A stretch of DNA of 60,515 nt, filler included, from Squatina squatina (GCA_031763465.1; 3 parts of 3 records of this genome joined end to end with filler, not necessarily neighbours in it), one strand, 5' to 3'; shown: positions 12,063 to 24,454, counted from the first letter of the whole stretch. A program made the numbers and translations. Notes: generated by a model from the sequence alone, not told the origin.

Positions 12063-12485
12063 GAAAGAAAGACTTGCATTTCTATTGTGCCTGACATGAC
12101 CACAAGATGTCCCAAAGCGCTTTACAGTCAATTAAGTACTTTTGAAGTGTAGTCTATTGTAATGTGGGAAAGGTGGCAGCCAAATTGTCCACAGCAAGCT
12201 CCCACAAACAGCAATGTGATAATGACCAGAGTCTATTTTTGGTGATGTTGGTTAAGGGATAAATATTAGCCAAGACACCTGGGAGAACTCCCCTGTTCTT
12301 CAAAGTAGTGCCACAATGATCTTTTACGCTGACCTGAGAAGGCAGTTTAACGTCTCATCCGAAAGACGACACCGCCGACAATGCAGCACCCCCTCATGAT
12401 TTCTGTGCTCAGGTCTCTGGAGTGGGACTTGATTCCACAACCATCTGACTCAGAAGTGAGAGTACTTGCCAACTGAGCCACAGGT
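12063..12485 (-). mobile_element. Deu-domain SINE, near full length
   Basis: Reverse complement of the 4250-4720 family, including the head (gtgggacttgattccacaacc...ctgagcca). Confidence 0.85.
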
Positions 12486-12574
12486 GACACTACTAACTGA
12501 GATAGTTAGGCTGACAGGTAACCAAATTGCAAGGTGCCGGAGAGGCAATACACAATGCGTTAAAAGTGAAGTAT

Positions 12575-12758
12575 CTTCTTCTTAGGCAGTCCCCCGGGGT
12601 CGAGGATGACTTGCTTCCACTCCGATACTGTGGGTTCTGAGATGACTAAATATTTCTATATGGGATCCACAAACTCTGCCACAAGTGGGGCAGGTGGTGA
12701 TTGATGGGGCGAGTGGGTGGGATGCTCGGATTGTCGCACGCTCCTTCCGCTGGTTGAG
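12575..12758 (-). mobile_element. RTE-clade LINE 3' end
   Basis: Encodes RKER...CPTCGRVCGSHIEIFSHLRTH (C-terminal C2H2-like motif) followed by a short 3'UTR and a (GAA)n tail. Confidence 0.7.
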
Positions 12759-12760
12759 CT

Positions 12761-12970
12761 TGGCCAATATTTATCCTTCAAATGAACTTCACTAAAACTA
12801 TCTGGCCATTATCTCATTACTGTTTGTAGAGCCTTGCTATGCGCAAAATGGCAGCTGTGTTTCGTACATAACAACAGTGACTACACTTCAGAAGTACTTC
12901 ATTGGCTGTAAAGTGCTTTGGGACTTCCAATGGACGTGAAAGGGGCTGTATAAATCCAAGTTCTTTCTTT
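12761..12970 (+). mobile_element. Deu-domain SINE 3' half
   Basis: tggccaatatttatcc...acaacagtgactacacttcagaagtacttcattggctgtaaagtgctttggg...ttctttcttt. Confidence 0.8.
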
Positions 12971-14699
12971 TTAGGGGTAGGAATGATTTTGTGTTGAGAT
13001 ACTCCAGACTTTACTCCAGCTCAAACACCACTCTCATATTCCGCATTAAAGAGGGCTGAATGTGAAACAGATGCGAAAAACATTCAGAAGTTTATATTCT
13101 AAAATTCGAAGTTAAACTCGCGCCCAATGTAACCTGAGCGTTGCATCATTGTCACCAGCACAACCTTACTGAATTTAATTACAACTTATCTTCATCAGTA
13201 AATCATCCTCAAGTGTATGAAACCAGTTCGCCAGTGCATGATATCACAGAAATACCTTCAACTAATGAACAAGCTGCACCTTCTCTACTTTAATACAAGC
13301 GGTAATGAATCGGGGCTTTTTTAATAGATCAGGTTCTGAGGTTAGTTGAATTTGTTTGCCTGGAATTTGGTTGCAAAGCCTGGCTTTAATGCGTAGCAAT
13401 GGCACAACAGGTCTTATTCACAATTAAGCATGCATGCAGTCACTAGTTTTGACAGAAACTTGACACCCAGAGCAGAATTTTCTTCAAAGCAGACGCCTGT
13501 TGTGCTTTGTGTCCATGGTACTGTCAATCTAATACTTTCAAAGCCTAAGCTTTTTGTTACTCCCGGTAAGCCGGTCATACGTGTTTCTTCTAAGTAAATT
13601 TATTTTTTTTTTAAAAAGAAAGCTCTCGTTCCATGTGGGTCCCTGGAACTTCGCAAATACGCAGGTACCCAGCAATGTTTATCAAAACAACTAACTTTAA
13701 GCAATTAAGAGCATCTCTCGCCCCTGTGCAGAGGTGCAAAGATGAGGAAGTTAGCAGGGAGAAATCAGGGTAAATAAAGAGTGAAGCATTTTAACACAGA
13801 AACTAGTGACTGTGTCGCTGGGAGTGAAACAGGCTGAAGGTTCAACCATTTCTCACCTCTCCTACCCCGGTTAAGGAAATGTTGATTTAATAAATACAAA
13901 CATTNNNNNNNNNNNNNNNNNNNNNNNNNNNNNNNNNNNNNNNNNNNNNNNNNNNNNNNNNNNNNNNNNNNNNNNNNNNNNNNNNNNNNNNNNNNNNNNN
14001 NNNNTTCCTGATTTCACTCCTAAAATGGTCCAGCTCTAATGCTCAGATTGCGCCTTTGAGTTCCGTGATCACAAGTGGTGCGTGCGTTTAACACAAGTCC
14101 AACGAGGTCCCATACAGAGGAACTTGTAAATGTAAATGCAGCCTGAACAGATTCTGAAATAATATTTTTCTTTTAAATTGATTAAAGTGAAACATTTACT
14201 GTGAAGATTTATTAAGAATGCTACACAGGTAGAAAGGGTGATCCATCGTAAGTTTATTAAACAAATATTGGTATATGTTCAAGACATAATCAGGCACTGC
14301 GGAGAGATAATGAAGCCACCAACGTGTGCTATTTAATGTACTAATTACACAATCCCTTGCTCAAATTAATGTGGATCTTGGGACTATTTACAAAATATCA
14401 CAGTACAAGAAAATACAGATAAAAGAACATCTAATCTCTGCTGCTGTGGGGAAATGGGAACAAAGTAAAATCAAACTTTAAACAGAAGGGGGAAAGATCA
14501 GTTAATGCCACTCTGTATATATTTACATGAGAAAGGAAAATACGGAGTGTCTATGTACAATCAATCGATGTTATTGCAATTTTTTTTTAAATGCAGAACT
14601 TCAAAATGCACTTTTTTTTTAGTAAAATTATTCAATTATCTATTGAAGCACAAACCTTGGAACAGAAAAACACCAGAGCACAGTGACTGACATCTTTGG

Positions 14700-14900
14700 A
14701 ATAAACACAGCAGGAGCCGTTCCTCGACCCCGTGCGAGTGGCGGGAAGCCTTGATTGGCGGAAGTGCGTGTTGGAAATCCGGCCGCGCTGCTGCTGCGTT
14801 TGATCTTTCCAACGGTTCGAAGTCTGCGGCCAGGTATTCAACACGCCTTCCGGCTGGGCGAGACGCTCCATCCCGCCAATGACACGGAGTCGGAGAGCGA
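14700..14900. promoter_or_regulatory. CpG-rich candidate housekeeping promoter, possibly with RBMX non-coding exon 1
   Basis: GGCGGGAA (E2F-like, 14740-14747), ATTGG (14754-14758), CGGAAGTG (ETS/GABPA, 14759-14766), possible donor CAG|GTATTC at 14834, TCCCGCCAAT (14871-14880). Confidence 0.45.
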
Positions 14901-15569
14901 ACACAAGCATGCACCACAAACCAAACTGAAAAGGAAAAAGCTTATGCGTTGAATTAAAGACTTGTGAATGTACAGTTGCCAGCCAAGCTTTTNNNNNNNN
15001 NNCAAAATGACAGTGATCAGGAACTAAATTTTTTATTTTTTTTATTATCGCTATTATCCTAGATTTGCAGTGAAAAGTGAAGTGCTCTCCAGAAAGTTTT
15101 CAGGAATTGAAGCTATATGATAAATATTTTAAATGCAAAGAAAAAAATACACATCGTAGCTTGCTCCACACGGAGCCCATTATTAATCCACCTTCACGAC
15201 ACTATAAATCTTGTTGACGAACCAGAAACAGGCAAAAAATCCAATAGTTCCTGAAACAAAGGAAAACAGTTATGGCGTAAAGAAGTCAGTTATCACATCC
15301 AATAGTAAAAAAAAACCTGATTCATCAATACCTTCGAGTTAAGGTTTAATCACCACTAAGAAGTTTCACGAGCAACAGCACGTTTCCTGCTCTAGTTTTG
15401 GCCATTTCCTCAGTGCTGCAATTTCACTGATGCATTTGTGCAGCTTTAATTCATTAGTTTTATTATAACACTGCTCACGGAATGTGGCTCTCTGGATGCG
15501 CTCCAGCATAAAGGCAGCACTTTCACCCATTGCTGTAACATTCATAATATAGTATTGCAACATATCATC

Positions 15570-15744
15570 TAATACTTCAAAAAGGGAATTGGATAAATAC
15601 TTGGGAGGAGGAAAAATGGCAGAGCTATGGGGCAAGAGCGGGGGGGGGAGGGGGGAGTTGGTCTAACTGAATAGTTCTTCAAAAAGAGCCTGCACCAGCA
15701 CAATGGGCCAAATGGCCTCTGTCACTGCTGTACTATTCTATGAT
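15570..15744 (+). mobile_element. CR1-type LINE 3' end
   Basis: ttcaaaagggaattggataaatacttg...atgggccaaatggcctc...tattctatgatt tail. Confidence 0.75.
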
Positions 15745-15932
15745 TGGTTTGAAATAAAAACTCACCTTACTGACAAAAAAGGTACAGGGTTATTTCTAAC
15801 ACTATCTGCCACCAACCTAAAAAAAAAAATTAAGTTATAAATAAGTTTTGTTGCTCCTCGCTCTTTTTTTTTGCTCTACCTCCCACAGTGGATTTGCATT
15901 TGATCAACATTGAAATATTTTCATTTGTTCAT

Positions 15933-16156
15933 TCAGGATGGTATGTTGCCTCCCTGGTGCAAGGGTCAGGGATGTCTCTGAGCGGCTGCAGAACATTCTG
16001 GAGGGGGAGAGTGAACAACCAGCTGTCGTGGTGCACATTGGCACCAACGATATAGGTAAAAAAAGGGATGAGGTCCTAAAAGGTGAATTTAGGGAGCTAG
16101 GAGATAAACTAAAAAGTAGGACCTCAAAGGTAATAATCTCTGGATTACTACCAGTG
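15933..16156 (+). mobile_element. CR1 LINE ORF1 SGNH-esterase domain fragment
   Basis: VCCLPGARVRDVSERL...VVVHIGTNDIG...KVIISGLLPV. Confidence 0.85.
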
Positions 16157-16984
16157 NNNNNNNNNNNNNNNNNNNNNNNNNNNNNNNNNNNNNNNNNNNN
16201 NNNNNNNNNNNNNNNNNNNNNNNNNNNNNNNNNNNNNNNNNNNNNNNNNNNNNNNNAAAATGCTAAACTTGCAGTGTAAAGCTGTTGGGTCCAGGCACTT
16301 TATAAACCAATCTGCCAGTAATTTCTGCTTAGGGACACTCCCTTACTCTACCATCTATACCTTCAAAACAAGATTGCCCACTTTCCAACTTGAGGTCTTC
16401 CTAATGAGGGAGGGAGATTGCCAGCTGGTTGGGGCACAAGTGGGCAAACTCCGGCTTCAATTTCTAACTATCGAGACAACTCTGCCCATGCATGTATCCA
16501 GGCTGGAACACGAAGTGCAGCTCGCGGTCTCAGACTGACACCAGCTATGTAAATACATGCTTAATGTTACATGCTGTGGATCTAACTTAGCACTTTCTGA
16601 ATGTACACATTTCTACAAGAGATGCTTCCAGATCTAAAACCTGAAATTCAAGCCAGAGAAGGAGTTTTGTATTTGTGCAAGGAATCCAAATGTATGGATC
16701 ATTAATGACATATTTCAGAATTCTGCACTTTAATCAGGTATTCATTCATTGCCCTACACTGCACTGTTTCAGCAAAATCGTACCCATCTCCCTTTTTATA
16801 AAATGACAGCACTAATTCACACAAAATATGCATTAAAAATACTACAGCCAAGCACAGATTTTGTAACAAACCACAGAAATAAGATGAGAAGTACTAACCC
16901 AGGACACAGAAATGAAGTCAAGAGAACATTCGTCTTCCATTTCTCACCGCCAAATGCTGTGGAAAGAACAACAATTAACCAAAA

Positions 16985-17455
16985 TACTACATTGGGGAGA
17001 CCAAACGCAGATTGGGTGACCGCTTTTCAGAACATCTCCGTTCAGTCTGCATGCATNNNNNNNNNNNNNNNNNNNNNNNNNNNNNNNNNNNNNNNNNNNN
17101 NNNNNNNNNNNNNNNNNNNNNNNNNNNNNNNNNNNNNNNNNNNNNNNNNNNNNNNNNNNNNNNNNNNNNNNNNNNNNNNNNNNNNNNNNNNNNNNNNNNN
17201 NNNNNNNNNNNNNNNNNNNNNNNNNNNNNNNNNNNNNNNNNNNNNNNNNNNNNNNNNNNNNNNNNNNNNNNNNNNNNNNNNNNNNNNNNNNNNNNNNNNN
17301 NNNNNNNNNNNNNNNNNNNNNNNNNNNTTAAAAACCTGCTACAATTCTAACTTTTTTCAATTCTGACGAAAGGTCATCGACCTGAAACGTTAACTTTGTT
17401 TCTCTCTCTCCACAGATGCTGCTTGACCTGCTGACTATTTCCAGTATTCTGTTTA
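16985..17455 (+). mobile_element. Penelope-like element: GIY-YIG endonuclease fragment, gap, terminal repeat
   Basis: 16985-17056 encodes YYIGETKRRLGDRFSEHLRSVC; after the gap comes the same terminal repeat as at 2778-2890. Confidence 0.8.
17359..17395 (+). ncRNA. Minimal hammerhead ribozyme motif, second copy
   Basis: aatt-CTGACGA-a-aggtc-atc-gacct-GAAAC-GTT-aact; perfect stem II, one mismatch in stem I. Confidence 0.65.
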
Positions 17456-18344
17456 AATAACCAAAATACCAGTTAGACTATAGTGAAAAACTTTTCTGGT
17501 CTAGTAATCCTGAGTACTGAATGTCCTTTCCAACTTTCAAAACATGCTTTATCACTTAACTTTTGGGAGAGTTTTGGGGTGTGGTGCTCCCTTCTTTCAG
17601 TCAATGCCCAATGCAGTACTGAAGAAGACAGAGGATCACTTCTCAATTTTGAACAATCGCTGCAGAGACCATTTGGTTGCCTTTATGCAAAGTGATCAAT
17701 TGCTGAACAAAGTTCTAAGCCATGCATCATTAAGTTAGTCAAACTAATTAGCGAGGACAACTGGTAGGTCTTGAAAGGTGCGTTTCTTTAAAAGGGACAG
17801 GATCCCCAAATGATTTCTCAAGTTTGTTTGACTGACTCACGCATGGTACACAGCAGAAACATGTCTTATTTTGTTGCAAAAATGCTCCTGTAGCCCATGG
17901 AGCCTGAAGCTACAAAGCACAGCAATAGGACTGATCAATTTTTTATTGGGTTTCTATTAGGATAAGGGCAGTAGCTGTCAGTGAATGCAGACCTCATGCA
18001 TTTGCACTTTATTACAAAAGTTCATCATCGTTAATATATCAAATAAAAAAGGTCTTCCAAATAAACCTGAAGTCCTGTGACTGTGCTCCAATTTTGTTTT
18101 TGTTCAATCTGTTCATGCAATAGAAGAATATGCTGATGGAGTGAGATGAAGAGGGCTGGAGCAGAAACATCAGCACAGAACAGTTGGGCCAAATTCTGTG
18201 TGAATGTTTTACTTTGCTCAGTAAAAGAGATTTTATTAGCAGTTTTCTGCTGGTTGAATTTATGTAGTAGAGCCTATTTCCCATTCTCTTCAAAGTAAAA
18301 CACAAGAGGTATGGGAGGCAGAACTCAGTACGATACTAGGATTT

Positions 18345-18560
18345 GAAGTTATCGTTATGAGGGGAGACTTGAGACAGCAGGGCTACTTCCACTGGAGCAA
18401 GAGGAGAGTTAACATGAGTTTTTTAAATTATGGAGGGTTTTGGTAGGGTAAAGAGGGAAAGATTATTCCCCCTGGATGAGCAGTCAGTTATGAGTGGCTA
18501 TCAATTGAAAATGTCACTCAGAAAATGCGGAGGGGGGGGTTGGGAGAAATTTCTTTACGT
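18345..18560 (+). mobile_element. Degenerate CR1 ORF2 C-terminal fragment
   Basis: Resembles the SYEERL..LGLFSLE..RGD....FKIM.GFDRV..E.LFP segment. Confidence 0.55.
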
Positions 18561-19297
18561 ATGTTATCTTTTCCATTTCCACTTATAGCGGAATCAGGTT
18601 TTAGAACGTAGATGCTGACGGAATGAATCAAAAATGAAGGAAACAAACCTATTGACAATAACTTATTCACTGCCCATGGGTTCATGCGCTGCAGTGTCAG
18701 AGGTCACATACAAAATCTCATGCCAGTTTATTGATTGCAGCGCCTTTGGGTTAGTGACATTTTTGCAACATAATTTCAACCACCACCACAGCAATGCGAT
18801 CGATTCAACATAACCCAGATATAACCAACAAAAAATGACACTGCACATTACTCACTCTTGTACATTCTAGCAGAAACATATCCTGCAGGTGTTCCGAGCA
18901 AGACCCACAGAACAACAGCACAGGTCATCAATGCTCCTCGGTTGGCAGGTGAAAGGAACCCAAGGCAGGCGAGGACTGTACAGTGGGTGGAAGAAAAGAA
19001 AGGTCTCAGAATGTACAGCAAAATACCACTTTTCTGGGTCTCTATTTCCTCAACTGACAGCAGCTCCTCCTCAGTACAGACAGGGTTGTATTTCTCTACT
19101 ACTCATGTATTCTGAAAGGTGTGATGAAGGAATTTGACTTTTTTCATACACATCCAACCCGTAGACAAATAGTAATCCTGACCTTTATGAAATTAATTAT
19201 CTCCATTGCTAGATTTTCTGCTCTACATCATAAAAAATGAAAAAAACTGCAGCTTTTTGCATATTCCAACCTGCTCGTTCTACATTGCAGTGCGACT

Positions 19298-19392
19298 GTG
19301 AAAATACCTGTGGAGAAACAGTGGAGTTAACTGTTGAGGAGTCCCACTTGTAAAATTAACTCCTCGGTTCCCTCCACGGGTATGATTTCACC
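19298..19392. repeat. Imperfect inverted repeat, likely a MITE
   Basis: gtgaaaatacctgtggagaaacagtggagttaa pairs with ttaactcctcggttccctccacgggtatgatttcac. Confidence 0.6.
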
Positions 19393-19837
19393 NNNNNNNN
19401 NNNNNNNNNNNNNNNNNNNNNNNNNNNNNNNNNNNNNNNNNNNNNNNNNNNNNNNNNNNNNNNNNNNNNNNNNNNNNNNNNNNNNNNNNNNNTGTAGTCA
19501 TCATTGTCAGCACAGAGGGAAGATTCCTCCCTCCGTTTCCTCATAAGGTCCATCCCTTCCCCAAACAACAGTAACCCCACCTTTTGGGTACTAATTTTGC
19601 AGCAACTAGTCTTGCACCTTCCCATTCCTTGTTCTTTCCACTGTGATATGTAATCAAGATATCCACATGATTGAAGACATAGTAGGTGTTCTTCTTGTTG
19701 AATTCAGACTGCAAAATACAAAAGGAATTTAACAGGAAGTTAACAAAATCTGAGTGTCTTTTGGCAAAATTCATCTAATTAGGACACACGATCCAGAAAT
19801 ATGATATTGCCATAATCAGACACATTAACAGAAATTG

Positions 19838-20006
19838 GCAGCACAGAAGGAGGCCATTAAGCCCATTGTGTCTGTGCCGGCTGAAAAAGAGCTATCCAGC
19901 CTAATCTCACTTCCCAGTTCTCTTGATCCATTACGGCACTTCAAGTGCACATCCAGGTACTTTTTAAAATGTTGAGGGTTTCTGCTTCTACCACCCTTTC
20001 AGGCAG
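19838..20006 (-). mobile_element. CR1-type LINE 3' end
   Basis: LPERVVEAETL on minus strand plus 3'UTR (aggaggccattaagcccatt). Confidence 0.7.
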
Positions 20007-20164
20007 NNNNNNNNNNNNNNNNNNNNNNNNNNNNNNNNNNNNNNNNNNNNNNNNNNNNNNNNNNNNNNNNNNNNNNNNNNNNNNNNNNNNNNNNNNNNNN
20101 NNNNNNTGGATTAAAAAAAAAAGGAATGGAAAATGAGCCAAGATTTAGGAGAATTGATTGGAAG

Positions 20165-20490
20165 CTTGGTCTAAAAGATTGGCTTTGGTGAGGTTTTTAA
20201 AACTTAAAATAGATGTGGAGAGACAGAGAGTCTTAGGGAGCAAATGTCAGAGCATAGCCAAGAGCTCTCAAAGCTCTCACGTTGCGGGCTGCAGGGAGTG
20301 GGGTTGAGCAAAAGACTAGAGTTGGAAGACTAGAAGGTTTGGGAGAGGATGCAAAGCTGGAGGAGGTTGCAGAGATTGGCTGAAGCAAGGCTTTAGAAGA
20401 ATTTGAAGATGAGAATCAGAATTTTAAATTCAATGTGTTGAGAGGGAGTTAGCCGATGTGGATCAACAAGGACACCTGGGCGAATGGGAC
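20165..20490 (-). mobile_element. Degenerate L2 LINE 3' fragment
   Basis: Similar to 45515-45925 (ggaggaggttgcagag...gaagatgagaatcagaattttaaatt). Confidence 0.5.
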
Positions 20491-20989
20491 TTGCTCTTTT
20501 AAACAAACCCATAATTTAGACAACAATAATTAACAAACAAATTAACAAACTTTAAACTAAAACTTAACAAAAATAATCACATTACACTTGTGTATTTGTG
20601 ATTTGGAGAGAATTCTGAAGGGAAAGAACAGACAATGACAAACTAAGAGCTCTTCTACATGAGATTTAAAACTTTGCCTGTACATATCACACCTTCCAGT
20701 AATTTTTCTCTTGTCCTGACAATTTGCTTGACCCCATTCCCTGACTACCCATAATAGCAAAGATTGCAGATTTAAGTGGTTTGCTCTAACTTGCTGGTTT
20801 CTCCCTATCCCTGATATCAGATATTAGGCTCTGACAGAAACATGCATTTTGCCACTCTGAGATTTTAATGGCCATTAAGTAGCAATTTTCATAGTATTTG
20901 GAATTTTCAATGGGGCTTTAAATTTCAGTGGATGAGCATGCCATTTTCCTGTTGGGTTGTCCTGGCTGCAATAACTGAAAAATTAGAGC

Positions 20990-21178
20990 AGTGTCCTGGC
21001 CAATATTTATCTCTCAATCAGCATCACTAAAAAAGATTCTGTTCATTATCACATTGCTGTTTATGGGAACTTGCTGTGTGCAAATTGGCTGCCTACATTA
21101 CAACAGAGACTACACTTCAAAAACTACTTAAGCTGTAAAGCACTTTGGCACATGCAGCAGTTATGAAAGGCACTAGAA
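20990..21178 (+). mobile_element. Deu-domain SINE 3' half
   Basis: gtgtcctggccaatatttatctctcaatc...gcaaattggctgcctacattacaacag. Confidence 0.8.
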
Positions 21179-21264
21179 ATGAGTACAATTTGGAAAAAAA
21201 CCCAACAAAACACATTGTTACGTATATGGATTAATGTTGATGTGTATATATGTGACTTCTGTAG

Positions 21265-21408
<144 letters not shown>

Positions 21409-21619
21409 TAGCATTCCCTCTAAGCATTTAACCAAGATGGCATTAGTCTGGTGAGGNNNNNNNNNNNNNNNNNNNNNNNNNNNNNNNNNNNNNNNNNNNN
21501 NNNACAGGCCCTCTCAATAGTGAACACAGAAGAAAAATACTCATTCAAGACCTCTCCTATCTCTTCAGACTCAATACACATATGTATAGAGGGAGTGTTG
21601 CAGGAGCAAATTGTAATTT

Positions 21620-21694
21620 AGCAGTGATGACTTTATTGGCATTGATCTTGTGAGCTGACGTTTGCCCTTTTTGTCCTCTAAGAAGTTCTGAGCT
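21620..21694 (+). ncRNA. SNORD61: Box C/D snoRNA SNORD61 (U61)
   Basis: C box GTGATGA at 21624-21630, D box CTGA at 21688-21691, terminal agc/gct pairing, guide TGTCCTCTAAGAAGTT complementary to 18S rRNA AACUUCUUAGAGG; same RBMX intron as in human. Confidence 0.9.
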
Positions 21695-21761
21695 TTCTTC
21701 AGTTATACTGAAAGTACAAATTGGCAGTGGAGCATCGAGTAACTTTTTAATCTCCTTTTAG

Positions 21762-21822
21762 TTCTGCTGATGAAAGATCGTGAAACAAATAAGTCGAGGG
21801 GTTTTGCTTTTGTTACTTTTGA
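21762..21822 (+). CDS. RBMX: RBMX second coding exon, 5' part only
   Basis: Acceptor ctccttttag, then (V)LLMKDRETNKSRGFAFVTF (RNP1). Homology stops abruptly; the expected ESPADAKDAARDMNGK is absent. Confidence 0.85.
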
Positions 21823-23338
21823 TACGAGTGTTTTTCACGTAAGCGGAAAAAAATGGCAAAAAAAAAAGCACAAATATTACACATCTGCCAATATCCAGCA
21901 TTCTGGTGTGCATCCACACATTAATTTTTTTACCATTTTTTTCCAGATACATTTTAAAACAAAACCCCATTTAATTTGATTGAAGGCAGTTCTTCTCTTA
22001 AATCAAACATTTGCCAGTTTATCTGCTTTACTGTGGCCCATGCTGGATTGATTAATCAACAACTTGCATTTATAGGGCACCTTTAACAAAATAATGGCAT
22101 ATCGAAATCATGAGTTTTAAGAGGCTTTGGGAGATGTGGAAAAATGTAGCGAGAAGGACAGTATAGCAGAGGGAGGGGAAATGCACACTGATTCTGAGAT
22201 AGTGGGAGCTGCAAGTGGAGATATTAGACTAGGGTGCAGCAGATGTAGCATGAAAACTGAAGTGAAGGGCAGCTCTGTGAAGAATACCAGCTGAGCTGAC
22301 AGAATGATGAAATGCCAACTCAGGAGATCAAGCCTCAACTACTGCCTACACTCGCACTTAGCAAGCTTGATGTCTGTTGACAGCCAGGGTCCTTGCTGAA
22401 ACATTAGTTCAGCTCCAGGAGAAGGAAACTGGCAGGATTAGATGGGTTTCACAGAAGCAAAACTTCTACCAGCTGTTCAAGACAAAAGTGTGGGCAGCAA
22501 TCATGGGGAAGAGTGCAGCTATCCCTTCTGTTAAAGGAACAACTTCAATGATGGGAGGCAACAAAAAAAGAATTGAATGGAAAAAGGCTCATCAAAAGTA
22601 CATTAACAGCAACCTGTCCGATCATAGAATCTACCCAAGCCTTTTCAGATAACAACCAACCACAGGAAGAGCCTTCAAGGTTAAAAGATTCTGAAATTTC
22701 TATTAGACCACTTAAAATTAACCAAACAAAATTCCTGATGTTAATCTAACCTTAAAACTAACTTTCTTATTCAATGCTTAGCTATTTAATTCTACAGGTA
22801 TTTCATCCATCATCTCCGCACCAAAAAAAAACTGTACTGCAAAAAGNNNNNNNNNNNNNNNNNNNNNNNNNNNNNNNNNNNNNNNNNNNNNNNNNNNNNN
22901 NNNNNNNNNNNNNNNNNNNNNNNNNNNNNNNNNNNNNNNNNNNNNNGCATATCTTTACTATAGGTACAGCTTTGTTAATAACAGTCCCTTTGACAGCTCA
23001 GAAGAGAGGGAGGAGGTCAGGTTTGCAGTGAGGACCACTTGATGTGTAATTTTAGAATGCACATACCGTAGTATGATGCGCAGTGTCTGCTGCGTTATCC
23101 TCCATGTAATTGTAATGACCATTGGTGTTTCATAACACTTGTGGTTCTATAAAGCAAATCACAATCAGCTGGCAAGTGAAGTTGAACAAACAATTATACA
23201 TTGGATCCTATTGAAACCTTTAGTTCCAAAGCAAAAAGCAGGGCTCTATTTGACTCCGGTATCACTTGTGGTTTGTGCCTCCAGCTCACAACTGACCGTA
23301 TGCCCTTGAAGCACCCTTTAAGTTGAATCCAGTCCTGA

Positions 23339-23581
<243 letters not shown>

Positions 23582-23686
23582 TAACTTTACAAGAGCCAAG
23601 TAGCAAATTTATTGCACTCTTGTGTATGGACAGTCACAACAACTAACCAGATTTCAAGGAGTCTCTGTCTGAAATTCAGTGTGTTT

Positions 23687-23786
23687 NNNNNNNNNNNNNN
23701 NNNNNNNNNNNNNNNNNNNNNNNNNNNNNNTTAATTAATTAANNNNNNNNNNNNNNNNNNNNNNNNNNNNNNNNNNNNNNNNNNNN
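23687..23786. other. Artificial scaffold linker N44-TTAATTAATTAA-N44
   Basis: 12-mer with stops in all six frames centred in exactly 100 positions. Confidence 0.95.
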
Positions 23787-24454
23787 GACTCCTGTATTTC
23801 AGAAAATAGCAATGAATTGTTAATGGTTTCATATCTCCAGTTCACTGAAATCAAAAGGCAACATCTGTAATGATGTATACCGTTTCCTCCTCCGAATTAC
23901 AAGCAATGTCATGGGAAATTCAATAATTAGTTTCAATTTTTTTAAAAAAAGGTTGAGGCACACCTGGAATTATAGACCAGTATATTTAACATCTGTTGTA
24001 AGGAAAGTCTTTTGAAATGTTTGAGAGGATTTTACCCTTAATTTGGATTTTGTTTGCAATTTGCAGTTTTCTCATTTCTGTACTAGACAAGTTTCCCCTT
24101 TTCCTCTTTAATTTCCCAATTAAAGCATTACTGCTGTCTCAGTCCCCCTTGAGCTGATATTGAAGGATGACTTAGCCATATATTTCATGAAATGTCAGTA
24201 CCAACCCTATTGGTGTGTATTTAATACATTTTTCCTTGCCTACAGGATGAAATGGATTTTCCACCTGTTTCCTTTCTCTAGGATGGAGTGTTGCTAGAGC
24301 AACCACGCTACCCTCCTTTGCTTTTTTCCCCCCTTGTACTTCGTTAGAGCAAGAAAATTCTGCTTGTGGTTTATTTCACATTTCTATCAGAAACAACCTT
24401 CTGTTCTGCTCCCACACACAGGACTATAAATAATCGACCTTTTCTCTCTTTTAG

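Noticed and set aside
23731-23742. TTAATTAATTAA as a homeodomain site or palindrome
   Set aside because: Exactly centred in Ns twice; synthetic linker
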